Position numbers and translations under genes: made by a program. 64,000 nucleotides of DNA, from the NCBI GenBank assembly GCA_965645245.1, contig OZ287073.1, positions 1,798,001 to 1,862,000 on the forward strand. Reading direction: 5' to 3'. This DNA comes from Massalongia carnosa. Taxonomy: Eukaryota. Positions within the stretch are counted from its first letter, which is position 1. Every line of letters begins with the position of its first letter. The notes beneath the pieces were generated by a model, which was given only the letters and a program-made list of their open reading frames with translations, did not search any database and was not told the DNA's origin. Positions 58,715 through 64,000 of the stretch are shown one piece after another.

Positions 58715-59744
58715 TGTAATGGGCTACGAGACCAGTAAGCTTATCACGAGCGACACTGATCTCGAAAGGGGAAATGCTCAGCGTGAGAGGAGGAAGATAG
58801 CTACTACGTGCTAGTCTCCGAGAGTATATGTGATCCAAAGAACTAATGGATGTGGAAGTGCTTGGACCAAGAGATCTCGTCCGAGACCCAAACGTAGGTT
58901 GTTCATAGAATAAAGACTATTTGCTAACGAATACTACAAGATTCGTTCTGATATTTATCCTACTCACCCCAAGCCTATAGCCTTGGGAGCCTTGGAGCCT
59001 TAGGAGCCTTGCAAGCCTTGGGAGTCTTGCGAGCATTACAGCCTTGCAATCCACATCCGACTTTATCGCATTACATCCAACCATCCCTCAGGATCCATCC
59101 ACGAACTCGGCGTTCGCTGGATCATCTAGTCAGCCTCGAGCAGCCTTCTAGACCTTCCCTTGCAAGGTAGAACAATTCTACCCCCGGCTAGATCCCTCAC
59201 TACATGCCTCAGGCTATGTAGCTTCATTTCGCCGTCACCACTACCTAGTGATGGAAGGTTACCTCCGACTGAATACCTCGCTACACTGCGGACCTGCCTC
59301 TAGACACAAGGTCTAGACAACGAGGTCATGTAGGTTCATTCAGCCGACATCACTACCAACGTAGTAATAAAGGTTGAAGCTGAAGTTTACACCGGGGAGC
59401 CTAGCTCAAGCTGCGTCCAGCGAGCCGTGCCTCCTGCTACCTCTCTTGAACCATCAAGAGATCCAGTAGCTCCGAGTAGGCCAGTAGATCCCATATAGAG
59501 TTCCTTGGCGTCTCCACAGGAGTCCGCCTTACACTCCATGGCAATCTACCACCACGGCCTCGACAGGTGTTTGATCTGTAAGTAGTCAAGAACGTGATAA
59601 CAATAACTCCGAAGTTTCGGGGCAAGATGGCAGTGTGTCAGCCTCGACGGCTTATGCGACTTCGTACTACGGCATGGTCCACGCTAGTTAATCCCGCAAC
59701 CGCCATAGGCGATCACGTATCCCTCTAACGCCATCCGTATTACA
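58715..59744 (-). repeat. Gypsy 5' LTR
   Basis: Direct repeat of 53308-54337. Confidence 0.97.
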
Positions 59745-60420
59745 ATTTATGAAGAATATGAATACCCGAAAGAATAAGTAATGGTGGAATAACGTCACCG
59801 GCCGAGCTGATACACTCTACAGAAGTAATGTAGTCACGATTATCCGGATCAGTCATACGAAGAGGCTTTCGTGGGTCCAAGGTGATTACTATTTGAGCTC
59901 GTCCGCATCCAATTCGAAAGCCTGTTTCGTCCATATTCCATACATCCAGCTCCGTTATTCCCTTTTCCCTCATCACCCTTTCTAATTTGCTGAAATATTC
60001 AACCATATCGTTAACGTCGTGACTATTTTTTCGATCGACTGCGAGAGGCTTCTGTTTTCGTACATGAAGCTCGGGATTTCGATCAAGAAATCGCTTCAGC
60101 CACTGATAACCAAGAGTACGATTCTCAAAACGAATCAGATAATTTGCAGCCCCCACGATCAATTTGGGTCGCGCACACATGTTGGCCTTGTCCAATCGCT
60201 CGATGTAGTCACGAACAGCTTGTTCTTGCTCATCCGTCAGAGCTTTGTTGGTACTAGGTCGACTGCTTTTGGAGTTGCCTCCATTCCATCGTTTTTGAAC
60301 CGTACGAGGGGCAACGTCAAAAGCTATAGCTGCAGCTCGACAATTAGTATACAAACCATCATGTAACGCGTCAATTGCACTGTCAATTCGATCCTCGATA
60401 GCTGAATATGAATTGACCAT
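59745..60420 (-). pseudogene. pogo/Fot1 transposase, 5' part (ATG at 60420)
   Basis: HTH/CENP-B-like N-terminus and WNMDETGF; joins 53307 in frame as ILHKWCQHND when the Gypsy element is removed. Confidence 0.92.
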
Positions 60421-60672
60421 TGTGTTGTTGATTGTTGACGTGTCGAAGTTGAGGTGTAAAATGTTGAAAATGCGTCTTTGAGCCGGTAGCGTCTTTGAGC
60501 CGGTAAGCACTAACGGGTGCTCTCTGCATTCCGAAAATGGTCTAGCACGATTAGCCGAATTACCTAAAATCTTATTAAAATTAAAATTAAAATTGTTATT
60601 TGAAACGTATGAAAACGAATAATATAAATTTAATTAATTGATTTTAATTGAAAAATTGACATCGCGTCATAC

Positions 60673-61114
60673 TGTAATAGCGCGGCAATAGAGGACTGCG
60701 CTAGCTCCTGGGATGACTCACCCAACAAGACCGGGTGACTGATAATCCGGATGCTTAGTCATGATAAGGCGGATAGCAATACTAAGCCATCAGCAATCAG
60801 CCTTACCAGTTTGTTAGGCAGCAACTGAAGCTATTCAGATAAGCCTCGATCTCATGGGAGGCCTGGGACGCCTAGGAGACCTCAGCTGAAGGCAACAAGG
60901 CTATCTGCTAGACCTCAGCTGAAGGCAACAAGGTTATCTACTAGACCTCAGCTGAAGGCAGCAAGGCTATCTACTAGACCTCAGCTGAAGGCAACAAGGC
61001 AGACAGGTAACCAGACAAGTAGTTAGTAAATAGGACCCCAAGGGGTATATAGAAAGCTCGATTCCCATCTTCAGGGAATCAGCTTTTAGCTTTAGCACCT
61101 ACCAATCTATTAGC
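60673..61114 (+). repeat. Probable LTR (TGTAAT start) interrupted by Copia-E; contains a ~32-bp tandem repeat x4
   Basis: TGTAAT terminus; AGACCTCAGCTGAAGGCAACAAGG repeats at 60877-61000; TATA-like TATATAG. Confidence 0.55.
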
Positions 61115-64000
61115 TGTTGGATGTTAGATGATGAGGCCACCATCAGCATGGGCATCCATCATGAGCCTCGGGAGGTGCCTTGCAAAGTGCCTAAACAAGC
61201 AGAGATTGGAGACAAGGTCTGACCGTCAGGGGGACAAGGTCTGACCGTCAGGGGACAAGGTCTGACCGTCAGGAGGACAAGGTCTGACCGTTAGGGGGAC
61301 AAGGTCTGACCTCCTAGATGTGACTGTTTTGTGACTGCTATATAAAGCAGACAAATAGCCCACATAGATAATCACCTTCAATGACAATCATGCTACTATA
61401 CCTACAAAGTGAATTTATATTTCATAGGTTATGAGCCCGGCTCACTTCTACTACGTTTGAATAAGCCCCTACATTGATTGTCAAACAAACTCACCTCCAC
61501 CTCTTCCACCTACCTCATTCTATATTATATATATATTCCTTTTCATATCCCACTTCAAAATCCAAGCAACCAAAGGGACCCTCTTTTTCCCCCGCTCAGT
61601 AACCCCTACTCCTAAGCACGATGGCCAAAGGGGAGAGTCTATACACATTCCCAAAGCTAATGGGGAGTGGAAACTATAAGAAATGGTCCAGAGACATGGC
61701 CTTCGCCCTGCAGGAGGCGGAACTTTGGAACTACGTGACTGGTGCTCGGAAAATGCCTCGAGAAATCCCCCCTCCACCTCAAAAAGCTGATGAGACACCC
61801 CCGGAGGAAACAGAGGAACAGCTAGAAAAGCGGGACAAACGGGACCTTGAACGCCTAGAGTTCTCGGAGAAACAAAGGAGAGTAGTTGGTAAAATAGGCA
61901 AGATGTGCACAGATGACGTGCAACAGGAATTCTTGTCGATGAGAGACCTAGCCAGTGGGGGCATCTGGGACCCGAAGGACCTTTGGGAACACCTGAAAAC
62001 CCGATACACCCTCAGAAATTGGAGTGCGAAATGGAGCACATTCAACCGGCTGGAGGAGATAAACTATGAAAAATGCAAGACCATCGAGGAGTATGGTAGC
62101 CTAGTCAGGGATATCAAGGCAGAAATCACCGACATGGCCCTGACCGTTGAGCACATTGTAGTGCTCAAACTCCTCAATGGACTCGGCAGTTCATTCAACA
62201 CCTACCTGACCATCCTGAACGAACAAGCTCGGCGGGAGGACAAATTCCCGGCGTTGGATGACTTACTAAAAAACCTGGAGGACGAGGAGGCTCGTATGCG
62301 CCAGGACCCTGTCGCCGTAGCTAACATGCTGAAGGCAAAGGGGAAGAAGCACCCCACCGAACAGGGTAAGACCAAATGCAAATGCTGTGGTTATAATCAC
62401 TCCGGAAAATGCAGGCATAGCAACGCTACATGTAGGAAGTGTAGTAAGATTGGCCATCTGGAACGCGTTTGTGAAAGCAAAGAAGGTAATGAAACCTCAA
62501 ACCCCCAAATAGTTTGTACAATAAGGGAATGTTCCGGGAAAAGAACCCAGGAAACACCGCTTATTTGTATGGCGGGTCTGTGCCGGGGTCCCAAGAATGC
62601 CCACGATCTATTGATCGACTCCGGTGCCACCGCGCACATTATATGCAATAAAGATCTCTTTCAAGAAGGGACCTTTCGGAGCGAAAATAGCTGTTTAGAA
62701 ACAGGTTCCGGAGAGGTGTTATCGACAGAGGGGAAAGGCTCTCTACTCGTATCACTGGACAATGGAAATGGAGGTGTAACGGACCTCATTTTGACCAACG
62801 TCCTTTTCGCCCCCGACCTAAAATTCAACCTCATCAGCACAATACAACTCGGCAAAAAGGGCATATCTACGTACCTGATGGCGGATGACAAGCCCGCTCA
62901 ACTGGTGCATAAAGGAAAGGTGGTTGGACTGGCCAAAACAATAAATAATCAGTATGTTTTGCAGACAACCACTATTAGCCCTACCGAAGCACGGGCCCTC
63001 ACCACCACAAACGGTACAAAGGCCCCTATCCAAACATGGCACGAACGACTCGGCCATCTCAGCTACCCAAACCTCCTAAAATTAAATCATTTAGCCAATG
63101 GAGTCACCATCGAAGGACCCATACCAGAAGAAGTATGCGGCTCATGCATGATGGGAAGACAACAGCGGAAAATAAATCGCACTCCACGAACCCGAGCAAC
63201 AGAATTTCTCGGAATAGTGCATAGCGACTTAGGGGGACCATTTCCACTGACAAGGTTCGGTGAACGTTTTTATGCTACGATGAAAGACGACTTCTCCGGG
63301 GTAGTGTGGATCTACCTGCTGAAAACAAAGGGTCAAACCTTCGAATGTTTTAAGCAGTTCAAGACATGGATAGAAAATCAATCGGGAAAGAAAATAAAGA
63401 GACTCCGAGCTGATGGAGGAGGGGAGTACACCAGTGGTGACTTCCAGGAATTCCTAAAGAGTGAAGGCATCCAGTGGGAGGCCCGGGCACCAAATGTGCC
63501 AGAACAGAATGGGAAGGCCGAAAGGCAAAATTATACCCTCATGGTCCCCACTCGGTCCATGATGAAGGCTAAAAAGCTCCCAAAGTCCCTTTGGGGGGAG
63601 GTCCTGAAGACGGCCGGGTACATCAAGAATAGAAGTCCCGGGGTTGACGAGGTCACTCCATATGAACGCATGAATAATGCGAAACCCTTCCTCGGCCACA
63701 TGAGAACGGTCGGGGCAAGGACATGGGTACATATCCCAAAAGAGAAGCGCAAGAAGCTGGACGATAGGTCCTGGCAGGGGATATTTGTTGGGTATGAAGG
63801 AAACAATCAGTATCGAATTTACGATCCTCTCACTGGAAAAGTCCATGTTTGTCGCGATATCACCGTCGACGAAGGCAATATATATGATTCCAAGGATAAA
63901 AAGGCCTGGGACATAGCCGACATTCCATGGGAGGGAGACGATGATGCTTTGTTTGATGACCCAGATGATTTTGTTGATGAAAACAAAAGTCATAATCCGC
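61115..64000 (+). mobile_element. Ty1/Copia element (Copia-E), running off the window
   Basis: 5' LTR 61115-61426 with GGACAAGGTCTGACC repeats; PBS GGTTATGAGCCC at 61427. Confidence 0.93.
61621..64000 (+). CDS. Copia-E gag-pol (partial; apparently open to the window end, absent from the ORF track)
   Basis: ATG at 61621; LIDSGAT (62611), WHERLGH (~63037) and PEQNGKAER (~63500) all lie in the same frame. Confidence 0.92.
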   Translation, partial: MAKGESLYTFPKLMGSGNYKKWSRDMAFALQEAELWNYVTGARKMPREIPPPPQKADETPPEETEEQLEKRDKRDLERLEFSEKQRRVVGKIGKMCTDDVQQEFLSMRDLASGGIWDPKDLWEHLKTRYTLRNWSAKWSTFNRLEEINYEKCKTIEEYGSLVRDIKAEITDMALTVEHIVVLKLLNGLGSSFNTYLTILNEQARREDKFPALDDLLKNLEDEEARMRQDPVAVANMLKAKGKKHPTEQGKTKCKCCGYNHSGKCRHSNATCRKCSKIGHLERVCESKEGNETSNPQIVCTIRECSGKRTQETPLICMAGLCRGPKNAHDLLIDSGATAHIICNKDLFQEGTFRSENSCLETGSGEVLSTEGKGSLLVSLDNGNGGVTDLILTNVLFAPDLKFNLISTIQLGKKGISTYLMADDKPAQLVHKGKVVGLAKTINNQYVLQTTTISPTEARALTTTNGTKAPIQTWHERLGHLSYPNLLKLNHLANGVTIEGPIPEEVCGSCMMGRQQRKINRTPRTRATEFLGIVHSDLGGPFPLTRFGERFYATMKDDFSGVVWIYLLKTKGQTFECFKQFKTWIENQSGKKIKRLRADGGGEYTSGDFQEFLKSEGIQWEARAPNVPEQNGKAERQNYTLMVPTRSMMKAKKLPKSLWGEVLKTAGYIKNRSPGVDEVTPYERMNNAKPFLGHMRTVGARTWVHIPKEKRKKLDDRSWQGIFVGYEGNNQYRIYDPLTGKVHVCRDITVDEGNIYDSKDKKAWDIADIPWEGDDDALFDDPDDFVDENKSHNP

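Larger units (their letters stand above)
53308..59744 (-). mobile_element. Ty3/Gypsy chromovirus-type LTR retrotransposon with internal deletions
   Basis: 1030-bp LTRs TGTAAT...ATTACA; TSD ATTTA (53303-53307 / 59745-59749); PPT AGAGGGGAGG. Confidence 0.97.
52168..60551 (-). mobile_element. pogo/Fot1-like DNA transposon interrupted by a Gypsy element
   Basis: ~90-bp TIRs (ATCGTGCTAGACCA...ACCGGCTCAAAGACGC x2) flanked by TA at 52166-52167 and 60552-60553. Confidence 0.93.

Overview
A transposon-dense window from a filamentous ascomycete genome (fungal GT/GC-AG introns with CTRAY branch points, fungal TE families). It holds five Ty1/Copia elements: one intact at 36912-47244, one open to the window end, and three decayed. 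Other retroelements are a Ty3/Gypsy chromovirus with deleted integrase, an apparently intact Ngaro-type tyrosine-recombinase retrotransposon and several solo LTRs. DNA transposons are three Tc1 elements, a pogo/Fot1, a hAT and three MULE copies, and many elements are nested. Probable host genes are an HNH-nuclease gene, a delta-12 fatty acid desaturase, two membrane proteins of unknown function and an SRPK-like kinase pseudogene. The most notable unannotated feature is a 641-bp non-coding retroposon (32021-32661) with a 14-bp target-site duplication and A-rich tail. Its first ~72 nt fold by manual pairing into an HDV-like self-cleaving ribozyme, with the predicted cleavage site exactly at the insertion boundary. 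The Ngaro element also shows its recombination core (TAG within a 16-bp palindrome), an in-frame UGA-CUA gag/pol junction and a plausible splice route to an ATG-less recombinase. All calls come from reading the sequence by eye, with no database searches.
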